NCBI GenBank assembly: GCA_051715325.1 | Contig: JBPXJO010000034.1 | Coordinates: forward strand, 14,033-78,032 | Source of the DNA: Alphaproteobacteria bacterium | GTDB lineage: Bacteria; Pseudomonadota; Alphaproteobacteria; Micavibrionales; Micavibrionaceae | Length of the DNA stretch: 64,000 nt | Reading direction: 5' to 3' | Part shown: in pieces, positions 11,922 through 21,721 of the stretch | Layout of the letters: every line of letters begins with the position of its first letter | How positions within the stretch are numbered: the stretch's first letter is position 1 | Translations under genes and position numbers: made by a program | The notes under the pieces: model-generated | The model's database searches: none | Told to the model about the DNA's origin: nothing | What the model saw: the letters and a program-made list of their open reading frames with translations, nothing else

Positions 11922-12545
11922 ATGTCATTTACGCTTCCTGAACTCCCCTACGCCAAAGACGCGCTGGTTCCTTATATGTCTGCCGAGACATTCGAGTTTC
12001 ACCATGGCAAGCACCACTTGGCCTACGTGAACAAAGCGAATGAACTGGCTGCCGGAACTCCGTTTGAGTCCATGAGCCTCGAACAAGCCGCTGTCGCTGC
12101 TAAAAAAGCAGCGAACCAGAAACTCTTCAACCAGATTGGCCAGATTTATAACCACAACCTGTTCTGGGTATCGATGGCCCCGAACGGCGGCGGTAAAAAA
12201 ATGCCGGGGAATTTGGAAAAGAAAATTGCCGAAGATATCGGCGGCTATGACGCCCTGCGCGCGGCCCTGATCGACAAAGGAACCACCCAGTTCGGTTCCG
12301 GTTGGGCATGGCTGGTGCTCGATAACGTCACCGGCAAGCTCGAAGTGCTGAACTCGGCCAACGCTGAAACCCCGCTCACCGATAACAAGACCCCGCTCTT
12401 GACCTGTGACGTCTGGGAACACGCTTATTACATCGATTACCGCAACGCGCGCCCGAAATTCCTCGAGGCCTGGATCGACAACCTCGCCAACTGGGAATAC
12501 GCCGCCGCCATGCTGGAAAAAGGCCCGATCACAATCACCGCCTAG
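11922..12545 (+). CDS. sodB: superoxide dismutase (Fe/Mn family)
   Basis: FEFHHGKHH and DVWEHAYY motifs. Start at MSFTLPELPY. Confidence 0.9.
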   Translation: MSFTLPELPYAKDALVPYMSAETFEFHHGKHHLAYVNKANELAAGTPFESMSLEQAAVAAKKAANQKLFNQIGQIYNHNLFWVSMAPNGGGKKMPGNLEKKIAEDIGGYDALRAALIDKGTTQFGSGWAWLVLDNVTGKLEVLNSANAETPLTDNKTPLLTCDVWEHAYYIDYRNARPKFLEAWIDNLANWEYAAAMLEKGPITITA

Positions 12546-12585
12546 ACTGGCGTCTAATAACTTGCATTAATTTTCATAATTTGAT

Positions 12586-12616
12586 AAACCGCTCCTTTAG
12601 TTCAATGGAGCGGTTT
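12586..12616 (+). terminator. terminator-like hairpin after sodB, ending 6 nt before the ATG of the next ORF
   Basis: AAACCGCTCC-loop-GGAGCGGTTT, a perfect 10-bp stem, followed by ATTGTATG. Confidence 0.4.
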
Positions 12617-12621
12617 ATTGT

Positions 12622-14598
12622 ATGTACAGAACCCAGCAAGACATAGATAACGGGCTCACGGCATCTCACTTTGCCAAAACGATCCGTCGATGGGCGGCTC
12701 GGGAAAACATCGATCACTCCAAAATCGGCGATGCTCTTCTGATCGAAGTTTACAATTACATTCGCGACCATGTCCCTGTCAGAACGCATAGCCGCTCGGG
12801 AAACACCACGCTCATCATCAAGAACAGCTCCAGTGAAGCGGCATTCGCCCTACAGCTCACTCGCCTCGGCGAAGTCTGGAAGCTCAAACCGACGACCAAA
12901 AAAGATCGGGTACGGCGTCAAGGTGTACTCCAGTTCGGTGATGAAATCGGTGACGGAAACAAAACCGACATCAACGATTTGAGAGAATTTAATAGACACA
13001 CCGGTGAAAAAAGCGCCGCTGAAACCGCCGAGTTGATACGCAACATGCTCTACCGGCGCCTCTGCAAATTAAAGCTTGTCCCCGACGATGCGCAAAAAAA
13101 TACAAAACCCGTCGCCACAAGAATTGAAGAGCTGAAAGAGTCGCTTCTGGACGTCACACTTCGCTTGGAAAAACGTCGCCGCGCGCTGGTCGCAGGACGA
13201 TTTGCAGAGCTTTTAAACCCGCACATCGTGGCCACCACCAAAGAAATCGGCTACCCCGCCTCATCCGTAGGCTATAATTGGCTGAACGCCGAAAACAACA
13301 AAACCGCGCACGAACGGCGCATGCAGATCGCCGCCCAAAGTCCGGTGATGACCCATTACTTCGTCAAAATGCCGGACATAACAAAAGCCATCGATAACGG
13401 AAGCTCTGTTCCTACGGCCTTTGCCAAAAGCCTTGGGCACACGGGTCCGTTTGTCAAATCCGCCGTAAAGTTGGCATTAAAACTCGGGAATGAAGATCTT
13501 CCGCCCAACCGGATACTGGATATTCCGGCTCTTATCCGAATTCTGTCCCATGTCAATCCGAACTGGTATCCGAAAAAGCCGCAAGACTGGGATGATCTGG
13601 ACACCTGTCAGAAAACCTTTCATGATTATTTGCGCTTCACGTCAAACAGATCAAATATAAATCCCTTCCTTGAGGAAAGCGGCGGAAACTGGAAAGACTA
13701 CGCCGATCTTATCCGTGCCCACGGTGACATCCGCGATATCAAAGACTGGCTAAAAGCCATGACCGAAAAACTCATCTACCCGCATTTAATCGCCACAGGC
13801 CAAGCCATATCCATGGATGCCTGCGAAAAAATCTTTTCGCCGATTACGCTCATTCAAGGGCGGAAATTTTTTGATATTCTCGCAGCCAGCCATCGTTGGC
13901 ACAAAGAGATTACGACCTTCTCATCCAAGATCGCCTCCATTTCAATCAACGAGGCTGGTAAAGGTGCATTCTCGTGGCCCGCACTCAGAGAGACAATGAC
14001 CGCCCCGAACGGAATAGTTATTGAGCCTCTGACCACACCGCAAGAATTGCGTGAAGAAGGAACGGCGCAAAAACACTGCGTCGATGGCTATTCTTCCAAC
14101 TGCCTCTACTATAACAGCCATATCGTCAGCCTTCGGGCCGCCGGAACGGGCGAGCGTTTGGTCACGGTCGAGCTTAAAGAAGTTTGGCAAAACGCAGCGG
14201 GAAAAAAAGCAGAAAAACCGGAAGGGGTTTATGTCGCCCAGAGCCAAGGGTTCCAGCGACGCCCTCCAGAAGCCAATGAGACGGACGCCACAAACTGGTA
14301 TGTCCGGTCAATCAAACCAGATTGGGATCGGGTTATCGAACATCGGGCAAAAGCCGTCGAGATGAGGAACCGCAACGAAGCGATACTTCAGATCGGATAC
14401 GATTATCTTGAGCCGGATCAACGTGACAAAGCGTTCGAGATTTGCAAAACCTACTTGCCATCGGCGTCCGACCGTAATTCGTCACTGGAACACTGGCTGG
14501 AACGTATGGGAGTTGTCCGCCCTCTGCAATTGGACGGACAGGTTATACCGGTATCAATGCCGCAGCCACACGGCGGCCTTCGGCATTTAGGACATTAA
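12622..14598 (+). CDS. large hypothetical protein (658 aa), no recognised domain
   Basis: Long uninterrupted ORF with coding-like composition. A conserved-looking segment EGTAQKHCVDGYSSNCLYYNSHIVSLR is present. No family assignment could be made from memory. Confidence 0.55.
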   Translation: MYRTQQDIDNGLTASHFAKTIRRWAARENIDHSKIGDALLIEVYNYIRDHVPVRTHSRSGNTTLIIKNSSSEAAFALQLTRLGEVWKLKPTTKKDRVRRQGVLQFGDEIGDGNKTDINDLREFNRHTGEKSAAETAELIRNMLYRRLCKLKLVPDDAQKNTKPVATRIEELKESLLDVTLRLEKRRRALVAGRFAELLNPHIVATTKEIGYPASSVGYNWLNAENNKTAHERRMQIAAQSPVMTHYFVKMPDITKAIDNGSSVPTAFAKSLGHTGPFVKSAVKLALKLGNEDLPPNRILDIPALIRILSHVNPNWYPKKPQDWDDLDTCQKTFHDYLRFTSNRSNINPFLEESGGNWKDYADLIRAHGDIRDIKDWLKAMTEKLIYPHLIATGQAISMDACEKIFSPITLIQGRKFFDILAASHRWHKEITTFSSKIASISINEAGKGAFSWPALRETMTAPNGIVIEPLTTPQELREEGTAQKHCVDGYSSNCLYYNSHIVSLRAAGTGERLVTVELKEVWQNAAGKKAEKPEGVYVAQSQGFQRRPPEANETDATNWYVRSIKPDWDRVIEHRAKAVEMRNRNEAILQIGYDYLEPDQRDKAFEICKTYLPSASDRNSSLEHWLERMGVVRPLQLDGQVIPVSMPQPHGGLRHLGH

Positions 14599-14908
14599 AC
14601 GTGCGGCACGCGGCTGGCGTGTCCATGAGATCAACAGAAAATCCGAGATCAAGATAAACAGCGCGCTTGGACGGCGGCAGAACTGAAAACTGCGCCCCCG
14701 CGCCGATCAAAAGCACATCAATGTGTCCCAGCAACCCTTCAAATTGCGGATCACGCGATCCAATCGCGGGATTGCTCCACGACGAGACGCTTTTCGGCAA
14801 AACCAGAATCGCGCCGGAATAAAGTTGACCGTTGACCTTGAATTGACCGCCCGTATAGGACTGGATCATTTTCTGGTCAGCGGCCATCAATGGGGTAATA
14901 TCAACCAT
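14543..14908 (-). CDS. Mth938-like domain protein
   Basis: About 120-aa protein matching the Mth938/NDUFAF3-like pattern. It sits immediately downstream of secF, as commonly found in alphaproteobacteria. Confidence 0.65.
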   Translation of the reverse strand: MVDITPLMAADQKMIQSYTGGQFKVNGQLYSGAILVLPKSVSSWSNPAIGSRDPQFEGLLGHIDVLLIGAGAQFSVLPPSKRAVYLDLGFSVDLMDTPAACRTFNVLNAEGRRVAAALIPV

Positions 14909-14909
14909 C

Positions 14910-15872
14910 CTAGGCGGTCACTCCGCTGGAAGGATTTTCGGCTTCTTCGCCATCCTTGTGCGACTGGTCCGGGAACGGGAAGTACATCAGCGCGGTCGAA
15001 GCGACATAAATCGACGAGAACGTTCCGATCACAATCCCGAAAATCATCGCATTCGCAAAATCACGGATGACCTCGCCACCGAACACCCACAGGGCAATCA
15101 GCGAGAGCAAGGTTGTGAACGAGGTGTTAAGGGTCCGGATCAAAGTCTGGTTGGTCGACAGGTTGATGATATCGCGCATCGGCATTTTCTTGTATTTGCG
15201 CCGGTTCTCGCGCACACGGTCAAACACGATCACCGTATCGTTGGTTGAATAGCCCGCAACCAGAAGCACTGCCGCCAGCGTACCAAGGTCAAAGTTCATC
15301 CACAGCAACGAGAATAACCCGATCACCGCAACGGTATCGTGAACCAGCGAGAAAATCGCCGCCACACCGTACTGCCATTCGAACCGATACCAGATATAAC
15401 CCATGATCCCGAGAACGGTCAGCGTAAACGCCAGAATACCGGAGGTCTTGAGCTCTTCACCTACTTGTGGCCCGACATACTCGCTACGGCGATATTCGAC
15501 CTTAGCGGTATCGCTCGCAAACTCGGCGTCAAGCGTGGTCTTGATCGTCTCGATCGCCTGCTTCTGGGCATCGGCACCGCCTTCTTGTTCCGGAATACGG
15601 ATCAAAAGACTTTTAGCGTTGCCGAATTCCTGAATCGATATACTGCCAAGCCCGAGAGCATTGAGGTCAGAGCGCATCTTGGCGAGGTCAGGCGTTTCAG
15701 GTGTTCCGACCTCCATCATAATACCACCGGTAAAGTCGATCCCGAAATTAAGTCCCTTCCCGAACAACAAGCCAACCGATCCGAAGATCATAAGGGCTGT
15801 AATGGCAAACGCCATAAAGCGGTAGGACACAAAATCGATCTTGAGATCATCGGCAAATTTAAACAAGGACAT
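14910..15872 (-). CDS. secF: protein translocase subunit SecF
   Basis: SecF N-terminus (FDFVSYRF..., GIDFTGG) and six TM segments. Confidence 0.9.
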   Translation of the reverse strand: MSLFKFADDLKIDFVSYRFMAFAITALMIFGSVGLLFGKGLNFGIDFTGGIMMEVGTPETPDLAKMRSDLNALGLGSISIQEFGNAKSLLIRIPEQEGGADAQKQAIETIKTTLDAEFASDTAKVEYRRSEYVGPQVGEELKTSGILAFTLTVLGIMGYIWYRFEWQYGVAAIFSLVHDTVAVIGLFSLLWMNFDLGTLAAVLLVAGYSTNDTVIVFDRVRENRRKYKKMPMRDIINLSTNQTLIRTLNTSFTTLLSLIALWVFGGEVIRDFANAMIFGIVIGTFSSIYVASTALMYFPFPDQSHKDGEEAENPSSGVTA

Positions 15873-15884
15873 AGAGCGCTCCTC

Positions 15885-17429
15885 TTAGATATTCAGTGTT
15901 TTTGGCTTTTTAATGCGAACCCAGATAATCAGCATCAAACGGGTCAGCATAATCGCCGAGTACATCGAGGTTACAATCCCGATCGCCATGGTCACGGCAA
16001 ACCCTTTAATCGGGCCCGTACCAACGGCATAAAGGATCGCACCGGAGATGAGCGTGGTCAGGTTCGAGTCAACAATCGACGCCATCGCCTTTTCGTATCC
16101 GGTATCAAGAGCCGAGAGAACCGAGCGGCCCCCTTTGATCTCTTCGCGAATACGTTCGAAAATCAGAACGTTGGCATCAACCGCCATCCCCATCGTGAGA
16201 ATGATCCCCGCAATACCCGGCAGCGTCAGTGTCGCCTGAAGCATGGAGAGCAATGCAATGATGAACAGCATATTGATAAAGAGAGCCACGCTGGCAAGCA
16301 CACCGAAAAACCGGTACGACACCACCATAAAGCCGATAATTAACAGGAACGCGGCAAGCGAAGCAAATTTACCGGCTTCAACCGAGTCAGAGCCAAGCGA
16401 CGGACCAACCGAACGTTCTTCAACCACCGTCAAAGAGGTCGGCAAGGCACCGGCCCGCAGCAAGAGTGCAAGGTCGGAAGCTTCCTGAACCGTAAAACTT
16501 CCCGAAATCGTAGCGCTACCACCGCAAATCGGCTCGTTGATGCGCGGCGCGGTAATGATCTCGTTATCGAGAACAACCGCGAATGGCTTTTCAACGTTTT
16601 GAGTGGTCACATCACAGAACTTGCGCGCACCAAGAGCATTCAGTTTGAAGCTCACAATCGGAGCGCCGTCCTGAAAGGTTGGCTGGGCATTAACCAGCAT
16701 ATCACCGGTCAGGAGTGGACGGCGGTTGATCGGCAAGCTATTGCCCTTCTCGCCGCGCATCGGCAAAGTACGCACTCCCGCACCTTCTCCGGTCATGCTG
16801 ACCAGATGGAACGTCAGCTTGGCGGTTTTACCCAAAAGCTGCTTAACCCGTTCGGGGTTATCCATCCCCGGAAGCTGGATCAGAATACGGTCATCCCCCT
16901 GACGCTGGATCACCGGTTCTTTGGTTCCGGTCTCGTTCACACGGCGGGAAACGATCTCGATCGATTGCGACATGGTTTGGTCGGTAATCTTTTTAAGAGC
17001 GGCCGCATCCAGCTCACCATCAACTTCGGTACCGTTATCGGATAGCACCAGCGTTTCATCGGCGCCACGAAGAACTTTGCGCGCTGCATCGGCATCGCTG
17101 GCGTTCAAGAGCTTGATGTGAACACCGTTATCGACAACCGTCACAGCGTCATAGCCGATATTGGCCTTGCGGAGTTCGGTTTTGGATGTGGTGACAATAT
17201 CGTCAAGCCGTTGTTTGACCACGCTGGCAATATCCGCTTCAAGCAAAAGGTGTGAACCACCTTGCAAGTCTAGACCGAGCGACATTGCCTTGGTCGGAAA
17301 CCAGGACGGAAGCGTTTCTTGCCATTCGGTACGCGTTTCTTCGGACACAAAATTGGGAACGGTGTAAGCGATCGACAACAAAATGGTCGTGATCGCAAGA
17401 ACACGTTTCCAGAGGGGAATATACATCAT
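15885..17429 (-). CDS. secD: protein translocase subunit SecD
   Basis: SecD periplasmic domain plus the C-terminal 6-TM SecDF domain (LGLDLQGG motif). Confidence 0.9.
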   Translation of the reverse strand: MMYIPLWKRVLAITTILLSIAYTVPNFVSEETRTEWQETLPSWFPTKAMSLGLDLQGGSHLLLEADIASVVKQRLDDIVTTSKTELRKANIGYDAVTVVDNGVHIKLLNASDADAARKVLRGADETLVLSDNGTEVDGELDAAALKKITDQTMSQSIEIVSRRVNETGTKEPVIQRQGDDRILIQLPGMDNPERVKQLLGKTAKLTFHLVSMTGEGAGVRTLPMRGEKGNSLPINRRPLLTGDMLVNAQPTFQDGAPIVSFKLNALGARKFCDVTTQNVEKPFAVVLDNEIITAPRINEPICGGSATISGSFTVQEASDLALLLRAGALPTSLTVVEERSVGPSLGSDSVEAGKFASLAAFLLIIGFMVVSYRFFGVLASVALFINMLFIIALLSMLQATLTLPGIAGIILTMGMAVDANVLIFERIREEIKGGRSVLSALDTGYEKAMASIVDSNLTTLISGAILYAVGTGPIKGFAVTMAIGIVTSMYSAIMLTRLMLIIWVRIKKPKTLNI

Positions 17430-17881
17430 TTCGAGGATTTATCCTTTTTGGCTTTTTTATCGTCGTTGGCAACTTTACTGGATTGGGACGGAATCGAGTC
17501 TTCGTATTTGCCGATGATGTAAGAACGCATCATCGTCACTTTAACACCGTTACCGAGATCGATCTGGACTTCATGGTCGGAAATCATTTTGTCGATAACC
17601 CCGACAAGACCGCCTTGAGTTACGATTTTGCTCCCAACGCCCATGCTCTGGATCATATTGGCGTGTTCCTTGAAACGGCGCTGCTGCGGGCGGATCAAGA
17701 GCAAATAAAACATCAGGCCGAGCAAAGCGAGCATACCGATATTCATCAGCATGGCTTCACCTTCGGATGGTTGACCGGCTGGAAGCGGAGTCTGGGCCGG
17801 CGTTCCGACGCTGGACGTTGTTGTCGAAGATGTCGAGGCTGGCGCACTTGCGTCCTGAGCCATGGCAGATTGAATAAACAT
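17426..17881 (-). CDS. yajC: preprotein translocase subunit YajC (extended Ser/Thr-rich N-terminus and Lys-rich C-tail)
   Basis: YajC core LLIRPQQRRFKEH...VGSKIVTQGGLVGVI. Overlaps the secD start by 4 nt. Confidence 0.8.
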   Translation of the reverse strand: MFIQSAMAQDASAPASTSSTTTSSVGTPAQTPLPAGQPSEGEAMLMNIGMLALLGLMFYLLLIRPQQRRFKEHANMIQSMGVGSKIVTQGGLVGVIDKMISDHEVQIDLGNGVKVTMMRSYIIGKYEDSIPSQSSKVANDDKKAKKDKSSK

Positions 17882-18047
17882 AGGCAGATCCTTCTGTCTT
17901 GTGGTTAGTAGAGGTTCAAAAATTTAATCTCTATGGAAAGCCAGCCGACTATAATTGCGGGTATGGGAAAAACAAGCCTTGAAACCAATTTTTAGCGGCT
18001 TATGCGGAATTCTTTAAGTAGTTATTTATATCCTGATGAAATATTGG

Positions 18048-18053
18048 TATAAT
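18048..18053 (+). promoter_or_regulatory. candidate sigma70 -10 box (TATAAT) upstream of the 18085 gene
   Basis: TATAAT is 32 nt upstream of the ATG, and AAGAGG (Shine-Dalgarno-like) sits 5 nt before the ATG. Confidence 0.35.
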
Positions 18054-18084
18054 TTAGCGTTCAGTCAGGCAGTAAAGAGGAATT

Positions 18085-19053
18085 ATGTCATACAAAAATC
18101 TCATAAATCGGGAGATTAAAAAGCCGCGAAAAACTCTTGCGGCAGGCTTGGCTCTTTTGATCGGATACCAGATTTTCTCGCCCTCTCCTGCGTTTGCCGA
18201 CAAGAAAAAACAGGAAACCGGAGCCAACGAGCTTCAGCGCGAGTTCGTTCCGACTGAAAAAGGCCAGATTTACGGGAATCTCTTGCGCTTCAATGCTCAA
18301 AAAGGCCAAGGCGGCGATTACGATCTGGATACAAAGTGGCCACTCGAGAACAACCCGCAATGGTACGGCCTTCTCGACCGGATAGATGAAATGACCAAAC
18401 TGGATAAGGTCAAGAATCCGATTGCCCAAAAAGATCCGAATGTCGTTCTTCTGGTAGAAAATAACTCCGATGGTATTTCGGGATCGGATATCTATATATC
18501 GGATCAGGGCTATATCCTGCGCGTTCTGCGTAAACCTGTGGATTTTTTCCACAGCACGCCGAAACGCCTCTACGAGTTTCTGGATTCAGAAATGCAGGTT
18601 TTGGGGGGCGGTTATTCTGCGGAAATCAAGAAAGTCTCCACGTCACAAAATGGCATAGTCGTTGTATTCCTGGGAAACAGTATGCTGAGCAACCCGACAT
18701 GGGTTATCAATGATCCGGACTCGCTGAAAATCTACAAAAAATTTATCAATGACATCATCTCCCCGCCGCCGGGCGTAAGCACCGATCCGGGCGGGCTGAC
18801 CGAAGATGACCGGAATTTTGACGCCATGGGCAGTTTTGTGATGTACCTGAATTATCCGGATGCACCGGCAAAAATAGCGATCTTGAAAAAAACCGGCCTG
18901 ATCCGCTTCACAAAAATCAAACTGGAAGCCACGTACGTCAAGGATGAAGCCAAGTTTTTCCGGATTTTCGAACAACAGGCGATTGATGCCAAAGATATGG
19001 CGGCCGACAGTAAGCGCAAAAGAGAGCTACTGGAACGCGATTCCCAGTTCTAA
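18085..19053 (+). CDS. hypothetical secreted protein (signal peptide), AT-rich gene
   Basis: N-terminal signal sequence ending AFA-DK. The coding region is noticeably AT-richer than its neighbours. No domain recognised. Confidence 0.55.
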   Translation: MSYKNLINREIKKPRKTLAAGLALLIGYQIFSPSPAFADKKKQETGANELQREFVPTEKGQIYGNLLRFNAQKGQGGDYDLDTKWPLENNPQWYGLLDRIDEMTKLDKVKNPIAQKDPNVVLLVENNSDGISGSDIYISDQGYILRVLRKPVDFFHSTPKRLYEFLDSEMQVLGGGYSAEIKKVSTSQNGIVVVFLGNSMLSNPTWVINDPDSLKIYKKFINDIISPPPGVSTDPGGLTEDDRNFDAMGSFVMYLNYPDAPAKIAILKKTGLIRFTKIKLEATYVKDEAKFFRIFEQQAIDAKDMAADSKRKRELLERDSQF

Positions 19054-19059
19054 TCTCTG

Positions 19060-20130
19060 CTAGATACGGATATACCGCGCCGGATCAAGCGCATCTTTGC
19101 CTTTGCGAATTTCAAAGTGAAGCTGCGGCGAAGATACACGGCCGGTTGAACCGACCGTTCCTATGGCCTCCCCGCGCTTAACCGCCGATCCCTTCTTCAC
19201 CAGAATTTTGTCCAGATGGGCGTAAGCGGTGATATATCCATTTCGGTGACGGATCAGGATCAGTTTGCCGTATCCCTCAATTGCATCACCGACATAAGCG
19301 ACCGTCCCGCTTTCAGATGCCCGCACAGGTGTTCCGCGAGCAGCCTTGATATTGATCCCGTCATTATGGAGCCCGTCAGGCTTAACCCCGTATGCCGAGA
19401 GAACTGGTCCCGAGACCGGAGCGATAAACCCGCTCCCGCTCAAAGGAGGAAGCGGAGCGTCTTTAGAAACCTGAGGAGCTGGCGCCGGAACAGGTGCCGG
19501 AACCGGAACAGAAGATACAGTCACAGGATCAGGAGATCGGCCAGCGACAGGCGGCAAAACTTCCGATTGAATGGAAGAAGGCCGCGCAGCCTGTTGAGAA
19601 GCTTGAGCTCCCCTTGCCGCCTGCGTCTGAGGCGGCTCGCCAAACCATGCGGGTTTGGACGATGGGACCGCCACTGGACCGGCGATCCGGTTATCGGCAT
19701 ACGCGGCAGATTTCCCGCTGGTTGCCGGAATACGAAGCTTTTGCCCTGCCGATACTTTATAAGGAGCCGGCAATCGGTTAAGACGCGCCAACTCGGTGGT
19801 CGTTGAATTGAAAAGGCGCGAGATATTATAAAGCGTATCGCCTGAACGAACCTCGTAGCTTCGCGGCGCCGGAATGCGGACGCGTGTTCCGGACGCAATC
19901 GCATAAGGCGGCTTCAAACGGTTAATCTCGAGAAGATCGCGCAAATCGACATCATAGCGCTGGGCCACCGACCAGAGCGTGTCGCCCGAGCGGAATGTGT
20001 GCATCCCGAGACTGGGCGACGAGACATTTAGCCCGTAGCTGTGCACCAAAACCGATTGACCCGATTGCGAACACGCCGCCAGCAAAAGACATCCCGATAC
20101 AGTTGCAAATATAAGAGCCGACTGTCTCAC
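19060..20130 (-). CDS. nlpD: LysM-containing M23 family metallopeptidase (NlpD-like lipoprotein)
   Basis: Lipobox LLAACS, two LysM motifs, a Pro/Ala-rich linker and a C-terminal M23 domain (HLHFEIR). Lies in the surE-pcm-nlpD arrangement. Confidence 0.85.
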   Translation of the reverse strand: MRQSALIFATVSGCLLLAACSQSGQSVLVHSYGLNVSSPSLGMHTFRSGDTLWSVAQRYDVDLRDLLEINRLKPPYAIASGTRVRIPAPRSYEVRSGDTLYNISRLFNSTTTELARLNRLPAPYKVSAGQKLRIPATSGKSAAYADNRIAGPVAVPSSKPAWFGEPPQTQAARGAQASQQAARPSSIQSEVLPPVAGRSPDPVTVSSVPVPAPVPAPAPQVSKDAPLPPLSGSGFIAPVSGPVLSAYGVKPDGLHNDGINIKAARGTPVRASESGTVAYVGDAIEGYGKLILIRHRNGYITAYAHLDKILVKKGSAVKRGEAIGTVGSTGRVSSPQLHFEIRKGKDALDPARYIRI

Positions 20131-20828
20131 GCCGTCAGCTCCTCGATGTCGTCGGACGTATAGGAGTTATTGCGCGGCACATCGGGAAGAAGAGGAACGA
20201 ACCGTACCGGCAAAAGATTTTGTACGGCAAACACATCTTCCGACTCTTTTTTGTAACGCTTCAGAACTTGCGTTTGTCCTTGATCGCCGACCGGAATAAC
20301 CATGATTCCGCCGACTTTCATTTGAGCAAGAAGCGCTACCGGCGGATCGCTGGCGCACGATGCCGTGACGATAATCCGGTCGAACGTCATTTCGCCCGGC
20401 CAACCTTTCATGCCGTCTCCGGCAAGGGTCGTGATATTCCGGAGTTTCATATCATGGAAACGCTGCTCGGCAATCTCGATCAGGGGCTTGTGCCGTTCGA
20501 TGGTGTAAACGCGGCGCGCGAGCTGCGCGAGAACGGCGGCTTGATACCCCGACCCTGTTCCGATCTCGAGAACCGAATGGGACTTATCAAGTTGGAGCTC
20601 CTGAGTCATATACGCAACAATATAAGGCTGGGAAATCGTTTGCCCCAAACCGATCGGTACCGCCTGATCTTCATAGGCATGCATCTGGAACGCGGGGGGA
20701 ATAAACTGATCGCGCGGAGTACGTTCCATTGCGCTCAAGACATCGGTATCCATGATACCGGCTTGCCGGAGATGGATAATCAAACGGATAATGGATGGGT
20801 CAGGCGTCATAGTCGACATCACAGGCAA
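20127..20828 (-). CDS. pcm: protein-L-isoaspartate O-methyltransferase
   Basis: SAM-binding motif VLEIGTGSGYQAAVLA and TISQPY motif. Confidence 0.9.
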   Translation of the reverse strand: MPVMSTMTPDPSIIRLIIHLRQAGIMDTDVLSAMERTPRDQFIPPAFQMHAYEDQAVPIGLGQTISQPYIVAYMTQELQLDKSHSVLEIGTGSGYQAAVLAQLARRVYTIERHKPLIEIAEQRFHDMKLRNITTLAGDGMKGWPGEMTFDRIIVTASCASDPPVALLAQMKVGGIMVIPVGDQGQTQVLKRYKKESEDVFAVQNLLPVRFVPLLPDVPRNNSYTSDDIEELTA

Positions 20829-20936
20829 AAGAAAACGGGCAAGGAAAACAGGCCAAAAAGCCGATTTGGAAATCTACTATCTATATAACGGAAAAGACCG
20901 GACTCGTCCACGGCCAATGTTTGCCATAAATGGAAA

Positions 20937-21719
20937 TTAACGGACCTTCCGCAAGGTATCGTGGCACGTCCAGTTGGTCAGAACCGGCGTAACGGTAATA
21001 TCGCCTCGCGCCAGAAGCGAAACATCATGATCCAGATCGCCATCACGAATTTCGGCATAATTATAACGGATCACCATGGAATCGGTCGCATAAGGATCAA
21101 CTTCGACTCCGGTAAAGATCGGGTGGCGCTGGATCGGCACCCAGCGTATAGCGGACTGGGGCCGGTCTTCCGCCGGAAAATTAACGTTCATCACCACATG
21201 GTCCGGCCAATTCGCATGATCGACCGATTGGCGCAAGGATTGGAACACCGAACCGATATGGCGTCGCGTGACCGAGAAATCGAGACTACGGTTTTCACCG
21301 CGAACCTGCGAGAGCGCAACAGCCGGAATATTGGAAAGACCGGCTTCAAACGCCGCGCCAAACGTTCCGGAATAGGTAATCGCCTGCCCGGCATTATCGC
21401 CATGATTGACGCCCGACAACACGAGATCGGGCTTGCTCCCCGAGAACACATGCCCCAAGCCGAAAATCACGCAATCGGTCGGTGTGCCGTGAACCGCATA
21501 GCGGTCCTCCCCGCGCAAATCGATACGAATATCTTTGCGGTTGCTGATCGCGCGGGCTTGTCCGGAATGTTCCTGAGCCGGAGCCACAACGACAACACGC
21601 CCAAACGTCGCGCGCGCAATTTCTTCAAGAACAGAAAGCCCTTCGGCGTCTATCCCGTCGTCATTGACAAGCAAGACCGACAACTCATTCCAGTTGCGAT
21701 GGGCAAGGCGTACAGGCAT
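20937..21719 (-). CDS. surE: 5'/3'-nucleotidase SurE
   Basis: N-terminal LLVNDDGI motif. Confidence 0.9.
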   Translation of the reverse strand: MPVRLAHRNWNELSVLLVNDDGIDAEGLSVLEEIARATFGRVVVVAPAQEHSGQARAISNRKDIRIDLRGEDRYAVHGTPTDCVIFGLGHVFSGSKPDLVLSGVNHGDNAGQAITYSGTFGAAFEAGLSNIPAVALSQVRGENRSLDFSVTRRHIGSVFQSLRQSVDHANWPDHVVMNVNFPAEDRPQSAIRWVPIQRHPIFTGVEVDPYATDSMVIRYNYAEIRDGDLDHDVSLLARGDITVTPVLTNWTCHDTLRKVR

Positions 21720-21721
21720 GG

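Noticed and set aside
15339-16343. 334-aa ORF on the plus strand
   Set aside because: It is antisense to secF/secD.
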